A stretch of DNA of 64,000 nucleotides from Takakia lepidozioides (GCA_030704615.1 CM060731.1:72106001-72170000), one strand, 5' to 3'; positions 49,830-62,810 are shown, counted from the first letter of the stretch. Notes: generated from the letters alone by a model not told the origin. Numbers and translations: made by a program.

Positions 49830-50455
49830 AGCGACCGCCACCTTGGCGGTAATTTTCATTTTCAAAACAATTAAAATAAAAGCGACCGCCATAAATGGCG
49901 GTCGCTCCATTTCCAACCAAATTTCAATAAAAGTGACCGCCACTAATGGCGGTAAACAACAATACCGACGACCGCCCCTAATGGCGGTCGCTCCATTTTG
50001 CTCCAAAAAAATAAAAAAACGGCCGCCAGTAACGGCGGTCGCTTCATTTCCAAAATAATTAAAATAAAAGCGACCGCCAGTAATGGCGGTCGCTTCATTT
50101 CCAAAATAATTAAACTAAAAACGACCGCCAGTAATGGCGGTCACTTTATTTCCAAAATAAATAAAATAAAAGCGACCGCCATGTATATCCCCCCCCCCTC
50201 ATTCCTCGCTCCACGCGCATGACAGATCTCGTAGAAGCGATCGCCACCTTCGTTGTCGCTCCATTTTTTTTAAAAAAAACGACCGCCGGTAATGGCGGTC
50301 GCCCCATTTCCAAAAATAAAAAAATAAAGGCGACCGCCAGAAATTGCGGTCGGGGAGAATGACTGGGAGCTTATATGCCCCCCTCCCCGATTCCTCGCTC
50401 CACGCCGAGGGTAGACCTCGTAGAAGCAACCGTCACCTTGGTGGTCGCTCCATTT
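49830..50455. repeat. Array C: ~12 palindromes in three leader-initiated blocks
   Basis: Read directly from the sequence. Confidence 0.92.
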
Positions 50456-50719
50456 AAATAAAAATGAATGCATAGTTGGAAGCATGGCACAATTGTTCTC
50501 CATTCCACAAGCAAATCACCGAACACAAACATGAGCAAGCGACGGTGCATTTGGCCGACATTTTGGCTGGTATACACATGGGCAACATCTTTTATTTTCC
50601 AACACATACATAACATCAATACAAATATTCATAGTGACAATGATCACATTGGTATTACTTCAGTACAGAAATATAAACATGTCCACTAAAAAGTACTGAT
50701 GCATGTCTACAGCTCTTTT

Positions 50720-53190
50720 GCTTCAATTCCTTCTACTGCTTCGACGGCGGGACGAAGAAGATCCTAATCCTAATGCTCCGATGGGTTGAAAATCCGGGTC
50801 ATCCTCGACTTCACCACCGTTGCAATGATCAGTGCTGGAATCGTCATCCCTATCCGACCTCATTGAATCTGTAAGTGACATCGAACCACATTTAATTCTC
50901 TCTGAGGTCGATTCCCGCTCCGGTCTTGAATACCATCCACGGCATCTGGCCTGTTTGTGGGCCGATCGCCTACAAAAGGTTGGATTGTTCTCTATCGTTT
51001 ATGGACTTGGGACGCAATCGAAGGTGGTCTCGATCAAAGGTCGGTTGGATATAAGCATCATCTTCTGTCAATGTAAACGGGTCATACGCATTTTCGAGAG
51101 CATTATCGGATCCATCTTCACTATCGGAGGCAGATGATTCCCTCTGAGATGATTCTCTCTGAAGCTTAGTATCGTCACTCATCGAACCAGCCTCAGAAGC
51201 AGAGTCTTCGGAATGCAAATTCCTCTCGTACCATGCTGCAGCATCATCCGCTGCCCTCTCACGTAGCAGTCGGCAATTGGTATACACATACACCAATTTG
51301 TCAGCCTCGCAGGATTCAACCTGTTGCGAATCTTGTTGTGAACAAATGAGTAACTGCTCCAATTGCATTCGCAAGATGAGGCAGAGCACACTTGAGCAAG
51401 AATACGCTTCGCAATAGGAGCCAATGTTCTTGCTCCAGCTCCAATCAGATCCATTCATGTGACAGTATATTGAGCTTTTTTGGATTCGGCATGTCCTCAA
51501 AAGGGTCGCGGCGATCTGAGAAACATTGGTACTCGGATATAGCTCTCTTTGCATGATTCGGCCGAGCCAGTCGCATGAGCACTCGCACGAGGCCGGCCTT
51601 GGCATCAGCGTCGTCTCAGAGCATGATCTTGTCGAGCAAGAATGGATTGAGCAAAGCCCCCGCATAATGCAAGTCCGTTCGAACCATCGAACGACGGTCG
51701 TAAAATGCATCATCAGCACTGTCCGCAAGTTCAGGTTCCAAGGAGAAGGGAGGATGCCTCAAGGATTGGACGTGTTTCTTAAGATTTTGCATTAGTAACC
51801 ATGCCTTGCCTATTACTAGTTGCTTTCCATCAAACTCCCGCAAGACGATTAACACCGGCTCTACTATATAAACAAAGTTTTCACATTTCTTCCAAAAATC
51901 ATCGCTGCGAATGCTATTTCGAACTTTTCAACTTTTGCCAAATGACTTGGCTTTTCTGGAGTCCCGCAATGTCCGTGTGTACACATCCCATTGAGGATCG
52001 ATGATGGTGTGCTCTAGACTACTCTTCACCATCACCAACCGATCCACCATCAAGAAATTAGTGACAAAACGAGTTTCGCCTGGATTGTGGAGCTGTATTT
52101 GGGTTCGTGCCTCCTATATATTGCCAAAGGGATGTGGTGTGTGCGGATGAACGACACAACAGTCTTCGCTCGCTTCACAAGTTGTTTCACCCACTGTTCT
52201 TTTCCCCAATCTTCCAAAAGGAGGTAAATGATATGAGCAGAAGAACCTTGATAGTACATATGGAGATAACGTGCCAACAACATATTAGCGGCATTGTCTG
52301 TGCATATTTGCACGATCCTATCACTTCCGACCTGTTTGATGAAGTCCGTCAATAGTTGGCATTGATAACGTCCATCTTTCTTCTCGCCGCTAGTTTCGAC
52401 CGATCCCAAGAATTGTTCCCCAGCTGGACATACGAGCATGACATTGAACAACGGTCTGTTTGTGACAGAACTCCAATCATCGGCACATATAGTGCTTCCA
52501 TATTTTCTGATGCACTCGCCCGTCCTATCGTTGACCTTTTGGGTAAGCTCGGTCATGGCGTCTAGCAATCATGTGCGGAGATTGTGATAAGTCGGAGGCA
52601 CGTACGTGAATCTGGACTCCGAGGTTGCTCTAACTGCAGAAACAAATGCCGAAAGTCTTGCCACATTAAATGGTATGTTGGCCTCGAAGAAAAACTGCGC
52701 CCATTTTTTATCCAACTGTCTTTTCGCAGACAAGTTAAGACCTTCTTGCATGGATTGCTGCCGTAATCCTCTACTCCGTTGAAGTGTAGGGGTACAAAGA
52801 GGTGTTGAAGCATGTGTTGCTCCGACACAACCCATTTGTCCAAGGACACCCGAAGCCTCACAAGAGTCGCCCTGGGTACTAATCGGGGCATCCTGACGGG
52901 AAGATAGAGTGTTTTGCTCAGAGGTCATGTCCAGATCCAAAGACATTGGAATATTGCCTCCACACTGGCAAAGTGGTTTTTTACCCGCATAGATGCTTTG
53001 AGGCATAAACCCACCCCAGCGCTCTTCACACCTTTATAGCCGAGGTGAGCGAGCAACCGATCCTTACGATAAGAAAGCTTTAATCCACATAGGTTGTACT
53101 CAACACTACCAGTGACACTGACAGTGTTCGGAATTGTCGTATATCAAGGGCTCTATTCCTCTCTCATCTTCACCCAATATCCACTCCCCT
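50720..53190 (-). mobile_element. hAT-superfamily transposase pseudogene (BED-like finger, DUF659, C-terminal dimerisation domain)
   Basis: RLLAHLG; FFFEANIPFNVA; GSTICADDWS..RPLFNVM; IVQICTDNAANM; TRF.TNFLM; LHYAGALLNP; AKRILAQVCSASSCECNWSSYSFVHNKIRNRL. Confidence 0.92.
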
Positions 53191-53599
53191 GGGACCTAAC
53201 GATGCAAGCAACAAAAAACAGTCACCTATAAATGAACGTGTTGTGAATGTAGAGTGTAATGCGATAGCCCAACACTTCTACACCTGTCAACAACCCAAGT
53301 GGGTCGATGTGGGTTGTAGTGTTGAGCTTATACACAATCTGCTGAAGTGGCTTTGGTGGAAGCCACAACGGCAAAAGGTGCGCACCCTCCTCTTGGGCTA
53401 CACTCTCGCAATGGAAGAGAGCATCCAAAGCAACCTCAAGTGTTTGCGCCAAAAGAAGTGAGGAGCTTGGTGACCCTCCTCCCTTATATATGATCCAAGA
53501 GGGATGAAAGTAAAATGAAAGTGAGATGAATAAATGACAAATCAATAGCGTCCACCTGAAAAGGGCTGTACAACCATATTTGTTGTAATTTTGAAATTA

Positions 53600-54775
53600 G
53601 ACGACCGCTAATACTACGGTCGTTATTTTTATTTTTTATGAAAAACAAGCGACCGCCACTACTGCGGTCGCTTTTATTTCCTTTCATTTTGTGCAATATT
53701 GCGGTCACTTCTACTTTGTATATTTTTAAATTTAAACGACCGCCGTATGGCGGTCGCTATTGTTTTTTATTTCAAAATATAATGCGACTGCCGGTATGGC
53801 GGTCGCTTCATTTATTAATATATTTAAAATAAAGCGACAGCCAATATGGTGGTCGCTTTCATTTTTAATATTAAAAAAAAACGCGACCGCCAGTAAGGCG
53901 GTCGCTTTTAATCTTTATATTTTATGGCGGTCGTTTGTTTTTCTATATATTTTTAAAATTAAGCGACCGCCCAATGGTGGTCGCTGTTTCTTTTATATAT
54001 TTTTGAAATTATCCGACCGCCATATGGCGGTCCCTTGTTCTGTACATATTTACAAAATTGTGCGACCGCCAAACTTGTTTAATTTTTTTATTTTTTTGAA
54101 GTGACCGCCAAGATAGCGGTCGCTATTTCTTTTTTTAATTCAAAAAATAAAGCGACCGCCAATGCGACCGCCAATCTTGCTTTTTTTTTAAACAAATTTG
54201 AAACGACCGCCAATATGGCGGTCGCTATTTCTTTTTCTATTTCGAAAAATGAAGCGACTGCCAGTGCAACCGCCAATCTTGCTTTTAAAAAAAAATTTGA
54301 AGCGACCGCCAATACGGCGGTCGCTATTTCTTTTTTAATTTCGAAAAACAAAGCGATCGACATAATTGGCGGTCGCGTTCATTTTGTTAATTTTCAAAAA
54401 TGTATTTGTCACCGTGCGACTACCAATACGGCAGTCGCTTGTTTTCTTTTTTAAATTAGGCAACCGCCAATACGACCGCCAATCTTGTTTTTTTTTTAAA
54501 ATAAATTGAAGCGACCACCAACATAGTGGTCGCTATTTGTTTTTTTAATTCGAAAAATAAGGCGACTGCCAATCTTGCTTTAAAAAAAAAAACATTTGAA
54601 GCGACCGCCAATATGGCGGTCGCTATTTCTTTTTCTATTTCGAAAAATAAGGCGTCCGCCAATACGACCGCCAATCTTGCTTTAAAAAAATAAAAATTGA
54701 AGCGACCGCCAATACGGCGGTCGCTATTTCTTTTTTAATTTTGAAAAACAAAGCAAATCGGCGATCGTGTTCATT
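53600..54775. repeat. Array D: more than 20 full and half GCGACCGCCA/TGGCGGTCGC palindromes
   Basis: Read directly from the sequence. Higher-order duplication occurs within 54100-54800. Confidence 0.93.
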
Positions 54776-54964
54776 TTGTTAATTTTCAAAATGTATTTGC
54801 CACCGCCACCGTGTCGGCGACATGGCTGCTTAAGTGGCAGTATTTTACCTGGTACTATTTTTACCAGAATATTCCCCGAACCTGACGTGACGGAGGTCTC
54901 GTCAGCGTCAAGTCTGACGTGACCTGACGCTGACGGACGTGACGCTGATACCCGGGGAAATAAC

Positions 54965-55628
54965 CGTGCGTGCTAGAGGCATATAGGACCCAGTCCAAAT
55001 GGGAGCTTTTTTGCCGGAACTTGGAAGGGCATTGGAGCTGTACCAGACAAAGATTCTTCCGACTGCCTGAGGATCCATGGGTGCCAGCGGAAAACGACCC
55101 ATACAATCGCGAACCGATTGGGAGAGACCTATTTCTGAGGGAGTTGGAGGCCGCTAGCATCCGTTGGGAGAATATGAATGAGAGGTACTGGGTGCCTCGT
55201 CGGGATGAAGGGCCATTTCTTCCAGAGTTGCGCAGAGACCCCCAACAGGAGGAGGTATGGACAATTTCAAGGCTGCCATCACGAGTGTTGTAAAGTATTG
55301 GCAGAACACATGGCGTGACCAAATTGCCCTTATTCCAGGGGTGTTCTTGCCACTTCCAAACATATCGGATTTATTTGAAAAATTGCATGAAGTCGTAGCA
55401 AGAGCGACAAACCCGGCTCTGGCAAATGTGGAAGAGAGTCAGCACTTGCCTAGAACGTTACGCATGATGGCAAGGGTGGACCACACAACACTGGGTCCCT
55501 CTTTGACCACTCGAGCCCAGGTTCGAGCTCTCCGTACTGGTGGAGGCACGTCCTCTACACCCGGAGCATCTTCATCAACATCTGGAGATGACGACAATGA
55601 AGTAATAAATCTAGATGAAGATGACTAG
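54965..55628 (+). pseudogene. Unknown degenerate ORF with an acidic tail (EVINLDEDD, SIM-like)
   Basis: ORFs 54970-55293 and 55257-55628 are joined by a frameshift. Confidence 0.45.
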
Positions 55629-55659
55629 AAAGGCTAGAAACGTAGGGAGTAGGCCAAAG

Positions 55660-58600
55660 GTCTCAGGTTGCGAAAACTTAAATGTGTAACCCACTGTATA
55701 GTCTACATAATTTTTGGAAATACGAGGTTCATCCGTTGAACCATTTTTGAATGACCTCATACTTGTTCGGTACCTGTTTGACGACATGTACAATATACTG
55801 GCAAAGTTTCAAAACCATAAAAAATTGTTGAATGAAGATACCATTGGTTCACCCATTGCAATATTTTAAATCGAACTCATACTTGTCCGGTACTTGTAAG
55901 AGGGCATGTACAATGCAATGGCAAAGTTTGAAAACATTCAGAAATCGGCACATCAAGTAACCATTGGTTCCTCATGTGAACCATTTTTTATTGATCGCAT
56001 ACTTGTCCGGTCCATGTAAGAGGCATGTAGAACATACTGACAAAATTTCAAATCATTCAAATTTTTTTTTATCAAGGAACCTTTGGTTTATCCTTTTCAC
56101 CATTAACGATTAATCACAAATAAATGAACAGACGAATAAATCATTTGCCTCCAAATGATTTTGGTTCGCTTTGAGACTTGGCCAGTATATTCAATGTACC
56201 ATGGAAGAGGCCCCAAAGTAATATAAGATCAATCGAAATTTGTTCAATGGGCCGACGGATGGTTGCCTGTCCAAATGATTTTCGTTCGCTTTGAGACTTG
56301 GCTAGTATGTTCAATGTACCCTTTGATAGGTCCCAGTGTAATATGAGATCAATCGAAATCCGTTCGATGGGCCAATGAGACGTTCAGTTGTCATCTGGTT
56401 TTTGTTCATTGCAAAAAAGAAATCCTGCAATGCGTGCACGGCTATTGCACCCATTGAACGGATGTGGTTGAAGCCCCTCTTTTGTCCGTATGTGCTTGAA
56501 TATGTGTGCGACACATGTGCGGAGACACAACAGACGAATAAATCATTTGCCTCCCCATCGACACCAAGCCATTCCATAATGTAATTGAATTTAAATTAAT
56601 TTTAAGCCAATAAATAGGTTTGCACTGCCTTTCATTGGGGGTTTCTAGCACGTATCGATTTTATTTTTGGCTCAATTTTGTTTTGTGGCTTCAAGCATCC
56701 CATTGCTACTCCCCCGCCAGAATTTGGACCAATCAAAAATGCCCCCAAAAAAAATGTTCTCTTCGCTCACTATTGCAGAACTCTCTATGAAGAGTGCATG
56801 AAGTAGAGCACAAATCAAGTTTGGAGTGCAAAACAGGCAAGAATCCAAATGAATTTTGATCGCTCCCAAATTTGGCACGCACATTGCATATGGAGTCATT
56901 CCACACCCCATTAAAAAATGGAATGAAAAAAAAAACATGAGCACGCAAAACGCAGTCCAACAGGTTCCAAAGTAATAGCAGATCCAACAAAATACATTCA
57001 ATGGGTGAACGGATGGTTGCCCATCCAAATCATTTTTGTTTGTTTCCAAACTTTGCCAGTATGTTTGAGACACCCTCTCACAGGTCCCGGACTCTTATCA
57101 GATCAATCGAAATTCATTCGATGGCTCAATGGATGGTTGGCCATCGAAATGATTATGGTTTGCTTTGAGACTTGGCCAGTATGTTCAATGTACCATGGAA
57201 GAGGCCCCAGAGTAATATGAGATCAACCGAAATTCGTTCAATGGGCCAACGGATGGTTGCCTATCCAAATGATTGTCGTTCGCTTTGAAACTTGGCCAGT
57301 GTGTTCAATGTACCCTCTGATAGGTCCCAGTGTAATATGAGATCAATCGTTAACGATTAATCATGAATCATCCAACAGGAGAATAATATTTTATTGCTCC
57401 AAAACTTTGCAAGTGTCTTCTACATGCCCTCTTACACGTCTTTGAGAAGTATGACATCAATCTAAAATTGTTTAAAGGGTGAACCAATCGTCCCCCTACC
57501 AAATGATTTTAAATTGATTTGAAACTTTGCAAGTGTCTTGTACATGCCCTCTTACAGGTCTTTCACAAGTTTCAAGTCAATCTAAAATGGTTGAAAGGGT
57601 GAATCAATCATGAACATATCAAATGATTTTTGAGTGCTTTAAAGCTTTGCAAGTGTCTTTCACATGCCATTTTAAAGGTACCGGACAAGTATGAGGTCAG
57701 TAAAATATGGTTGAAAGGGTGAACCAATTGTTCCCCTATCAAATGATTTTACATTGCTTTGAAGCTTTGCAAGTGTCAGCCACATGCCCTCCTACAAGTA
57801 CCGGACAGGTACGACGTGAATAAAAAATGGTTAAAAGGGTGAACCAATCATTCCGCTATCAAATGATTTTTTATTGTTTTGGATGTCATTGCTTTGGTAA
57901 TTCTAGCCCCCCAATGGCCCATTGTAACCCTTGAATTACAATTCAAAATGCAATTCAAGCCCTTAAAATTGGTAGTGCCAGTCCCTAAAATGACCAACCC
58001 CGGCCGCCCTCAAATTGTAATTTGAGCCCTTGAAAATGTCAATTCCAACCCCTCAAATTGCACTTCTACCCCCTGAAATGGCAATTCCCGCCCCTCAAAT
58101 TGCAACTGTAGCCTGTGAAATGGCAGTTGCTAGTGCAGCCCCTGAAATTGGCTATAGGTGAACCAATCATTCCCCTGCCAGATGATTTTGGATTCATTTG
58201 AACTTTGCGAGTGTCTTGTACATGCCCTCTTAAAGTTACTGGACAAGTATGATGTCAATGTTAAATGGTTCAAAGGGTGAACCAACAGTTCATCGAGGAA
58301 GTTTCCGTTCACCCTTTCATCCAATTTTGAATTGAATTGGATTTTTATTAAATAAAATGATCTAGAGGGCATATGATTGTGGGGCGCAATGATTTTGTTT
58401 TGTGAGTTGAACCCTCACACCACCACATCCTTGCCAAAAAATGTACCAATGAAAAATGTTTGGAAAAAAACGTTCATCCTTTGCTCTATGCTCACTATTG
58501 CAGAACTCTCTATGAAGAGTGCATGAAGTTGAAGATAACTTTGGAGTACAAATGAGAGAATAAAATGTGTTTTGGATACAGACGATGTCTGTTCATGGTG

Positions 58601-59020
58601 ATATTTTGCATGCAACTGTTCATGTTGTTATCAAGCATATGGCTTCAGAATGGAATTAAAAACAATTCATGTGCAAGCGAAAGGTTATTTCTTCTTATGA
58701 ATTTGAATAACCCATTCAAACAACTTTGTTGAAGTTCAACTTTGGTCCATATGTGCTTAAGTATGTACAAATGACGTACACAAAGTTGCAAGCGAAGAAA
58801 TAATCATTTACCCCCCGAACGACTCGTTAAACCTTTCAACCAATTTTCAATCATGAATCATTTAATAGGGGAACTATTGGTTCACCCTTAGAACCATTTT
58901 AGATTGACCTCATACTTGTCCGGTAACTTAAAGAGGGCATGTACAAGATACTCCCAAAATTTCAAATCAATCTAAAATCATTTGGCAGGAGAACGATTGG
59001 TTCACCCATTGACCCGATGT
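55660..59020. repeat. ~120-bp satellite-like tandem repeats in alternating orientations
   Basis: Unit gaaccatttt..gacctcatacttgtccggtac..gagggcatgtacaa..ggcaaagtttcaaa..attggttcaccc. Forward at 55.7-56.1 and 58.87-59.0 kb; reverse at 56.15-56.4, 57.0-57.88 and 58.15-58.29 kb. Confidence 0.85.
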
Positions 59021-59177
59021 ACACTGTCACTCTTCAAGATTCGTGGGTGTGGTGCTTCATTATCCCATATGATGGACCCAGGTGCCATGACCAAGTAACA
59101 AACCATTAAAACATTATGGTACGAGACAAACACAATTGAAAACAACATTTATTCAATTATGATGTACAGTCAGAGGT

Positions 59178-60590
59178 CTACAAGTTTCTATCCATCCTCC
59201 AGCAATTTTTGGGCTCAGGCCAATTGAATAGCCCCGTCATGAAACGCTTCACAACATTTTCTAGTTTGTACCGCAACTCTACTGTGTCTACACACAAGTT
59301 TTTCTGAGCCGAAGCAAAACATGTTCCAGTAGACATATCGTTGAACAGACTTGCATCGAACGTGTTACCCCCATTTATTGTCTGGGCTATCTTCCCAATT
59401 GCAAAGGTATCTGATGACACGGTTAGAGGGGGCCTACGAGGTGTGCCATCTGACTGGTTGTTGGCTACATTATGAATAATTGCAATTTCAGGTGCAATCC
59501 ACCATCTATGTAGTCTTTATCATCTTGTCTCTGCTCTCGAAAATGTACAACGTGGTTTTTGGGTCATCCATCGTGGAGGCCATCCCCCAATCGCATACCC
59601 CGATGCACACATCTTCAGACCTTTGTGGAAAATGCAACAAGATGTTGTCGGGGGACATGTCGTTGTGCAAGAGGTGGTGATTATGGACGTTGAGCATGAT
59701 GCCTCATCATCATCATCATCCCGATCATTCCCCCATTTCCTGTCAATACTCAACCATGATCGTATGGCCCTCCCATTCCACCAATGTGTGTAACCTTCAT
59801 TTTGACGTGGATGCAATGCAAAATACTTTATGATGCCGAAATGATGGAACTTTACAGCCAACGCCTCATTGTTATGTTGGACTTTGGCAAGCTCAGCATT
59901 TGTTTCCCTAGGCGTTTTCCCTGCTAGCTCCCAAGATGGAGGAATGAATTGATCCCCAACAATTCTAATCGTCCGAATTGTACCATATCCTCCATGTTTG
60001 GGTGCGTCGAGTTGTTGTACCTATGCGTTTGTGGATATGTATCTCAAGTTCAATGCCGCATCCGCGGACAAGGACCCTGCCTTCCATGGGAGTGGTTTCG
60101 TACGTCGTTTGGCGTGGGCCTTTGCCATGTCAGACCACCAATCCACAAGCACAAACAACTCCTCCTCCAAAGTTGGCATGCGACCTTCAGTTACAGGTGT
60201 TCTCGTAACAAACTTGTCCATGGTTTGCCTCAGATTCCATATGGCATCATAGGCCCGGTCCTCCATCCATTTCGTGAACTGGAACTTCGCTTTGTCCTCC
60301 TCTCATTTATCCCCGGCCAAAGCCTCCCTCATTCTCATCTCCATATTGTGCTGGAATCTAAGGAACCCCTCATTCCCATATCAGACATACAAAAGATTCA
60401 AACGCATCATGTCATTGTCTTTCAAATAATCCAGCACTACTTGCTTCACCACCTTCGCGGCCTCTGCGCTTGGATAGTCTTTTTTGTTGACTTGACTATC
60501 TCATTCATGTGCATGTTTACGCTTCCTACCTTTACGCCCACTTCCCGAGGAACCCCCTGACACTGCATTCGAAGCAACGTTTCCGGACAT
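59178..60590 (-). pseudogene. Intronless protein kinase pseudogene with an N-terminal extension and NLS-like motif
   Basis: GRKGRKRKH; GGYGTI; LAGK; HNDMSPDNIL; CDWG; WWIAPE; SDTFAIG. Four in-frame stops and two frameshifts. Confidence 0.85.
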
Positions 60591-60909
60591 GATGAAAGTA
60601 CTCTGCGGAATAGACGCGGCTTCGTAACGGAAAACTAAACCCAGACTATTGATAACCTTATATACTAGCAGACCAATTTCCTCACCCTCTATTGGTATAG
60701 TACCAAAGCAAACTCTCCCGCAGTCCCAGGAAAAAAAGACAAAAATTCCTCCCCACACAAATCCACTTTCTTCCCCCCCCCCCCCCCCCTGCTCAGTCCT
60801 GGCCACCGAAGTTCAAACTCCAAGAAGCCCCAGAACCGCACTCATAGAGAGGGAAAAAATGGGTTGGGAATGAGGGGTAGGCCCTTATATACTACCTGGA
60901 GAGGCCTGA

Positions 60910-61392
60910 CGCGCGACCGCCTCTGCTACCCATTCACGCCTCGCCACGTGTCCAGGGAGCGGTCGCACCTATGGGTGGTCGCAGCTAATAACAAAACAAA
61001 AAAAGTGTTGCGACCCCCCATACTGGTGGTCGCACCTTTTTAAAAACAAAACAAAAATGCGCGACCCCCCATAAGTGGTTGCACCTAATAACAAAAAAGA
61101 AAGAGTCTGCGACCACCACCGGCTGGTGGTCGCACCCATTTAAAAAAATAATTAAAAATGTGCGACCACCACCTGCTGGTGGTCGCACCCAATTTAAAAA
61201 AAAGAAAAAATGTGCGACCACCCTCTGCTTGTGGTCGCACCCATTAAAACAAAAAAAATGCTGCGACCACCACCTGCTAGTGGTCGCACCTATTTAAAAA
61301 ATACGAAAAAATGTGCGACCACCCCCTTCTGGTGGTCGCACCTATTTAAAAAAAATAAAAATTGTCCGACCAACCTTTGCTGACGGTCGCAT
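60910..61392. repeat. Array E: ~8 TGCGACCACC..GGTGGTCGCA palindromes, ~51-bp period
   Basis: Read directly from the sequence. Same variant as array A. Confidence 0.92.
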
Positions 61393-62030
61393 GATTGACA
61401 ATATAAATCATAATATATGAATTTTACAGATAAATAATGAAGTCCACGTAATGAGGCCACATCGGTTGCCACGTCGGTTCTCATAGTAAATAGTCAATAG
61501 TAAAGTAAAAAATAAACATATTTATGTACAATAACGTCGGTTTAGGACGTGACGCTGACACGTCAACGCCACGTCACGTCCAAATTTGCAACTAGGGCGC
61601 TCACTTGTGAAACTCTCAAAACACAGAAAAACTTGAGGAGACAAACTCTCTTTCTCTCTCACTGTGCATGACATACAAGCCGTCATTTTGCCACTACCTC
61701 TCCCCTCCATCATTCAGGATCCCCCGTACGCTATCTACTGTTCTCAGGTGTTTCGTACGAGCCAAATTCCCTGTTAACGATTTCTCTTACTCCGCATCTC
61801 TACCACTGGCTCTATGGGTTTGTTTTCCTTCCTCTACCGGACTTAATCCTATCAATGGGGATGTAGTCGATAGATGGGCCTGGCAGAGAAGACGGAATCT
61901 CACGAAGAGGACGCAACAGAGTCGAACATCCCCAAAACACATTCATCAACATACTCAAGCACACTGTTACACCAAACGTATACTCGTGTAAGATCCAAAA
62001 GCCTCCCTCACTGCCACGGCAGTGGAGCTT

Positions 62031-62810
62031 AGAGAGAAGACTCCGGCTGAGGCCGGCGTAACTAAGAGCCACTTCACCTTGCGGCTACTGCCCCCTTTCG
62101 AAGGTGGGCCCTATAACAAAAAAGTGTCCAGGGGGACACCAGATGACCGCTAAGACACCAGGTGACCGCTAAGAATAGAGGGGGCGAGGGTATCCCTAGG
62201 TACCCAGGGGTATCCTAGGGGACCTAAGGTGCATTTGAAGTGCCGGATTCCAGTTGACGTTTGTTGGTGATAATAGCTATGAGTGAACGGAGTGCCGTAA
62301 GATGGATTTCTTTGAAACATTTGTGGATGAGAAGAATGGGAATTTGGAAGTTATCGTGTGTGTCCGTGATACTGGCGTTATGAATGCCACCTCGAGTGTC
62401 GGTTGTGATGACAGTTAACGGGCCGGTTTTCCAGCCACGCCTTCGGAGTGCAAGGATAAGCGAGACATATTTTTGACGTTTTTCTAAGATTGAATCGTTT
62501 GGATAACGATCATGGCAAAATGTGAATTCAATGAAATGGATGGTGAGTTGTGGGGATGGTGAGGTGGGGGGTAAAGTGTTGATAGGTAGACCTTGGACGA
62601 GGAGTATGTCCGGGCAAAGTCGAGCGAGGCATGAGCATGGTGATCGGGTACATATGCATGGTAGTGGCCACGGTGGTACTGTGTGGTCGGGTGGCCGTCC
62701 TTGGTAGGTGCCTGCATTCATGAGCGAGAACCAACGGGTTTCAGCATGTTTTAGAAAGAGCTTGTGGAGATGCCAGACTGCCTGGTTATGACGCGTGATA
62801 TGCAAGCCAT
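62031..62810 (-). mobile_element. 5'-truncated non-LTR retrotransposon with a restriction-like endonuclease (Dualen/RandI-like) and 3' UTR
   Basis: RHNQAV...PPW.LP...PDILLV...HFIEFTFCHD...KRQKY..L...L...GW...TRGGIH is the PD-(D/E)xK RLE C-terminus. Confidence 0.75.

Noticed and set aside
53484-54674. ORFs within the palindrome arrays (also at 9.7-10.8, 49.4-50.5 and 61.0-61.5 kb)
   Set aside because: They are translation artefacts of the repeat (RPP/ATA/WRS periodic peptides).
48760-54775. True CRISPR array
   Set aside because: The spacers are low-complexity A/T tracts related to each other rather than unique, the repeats are degenerate, there are no cas genes, and the context is eukaryotic TE DNA.
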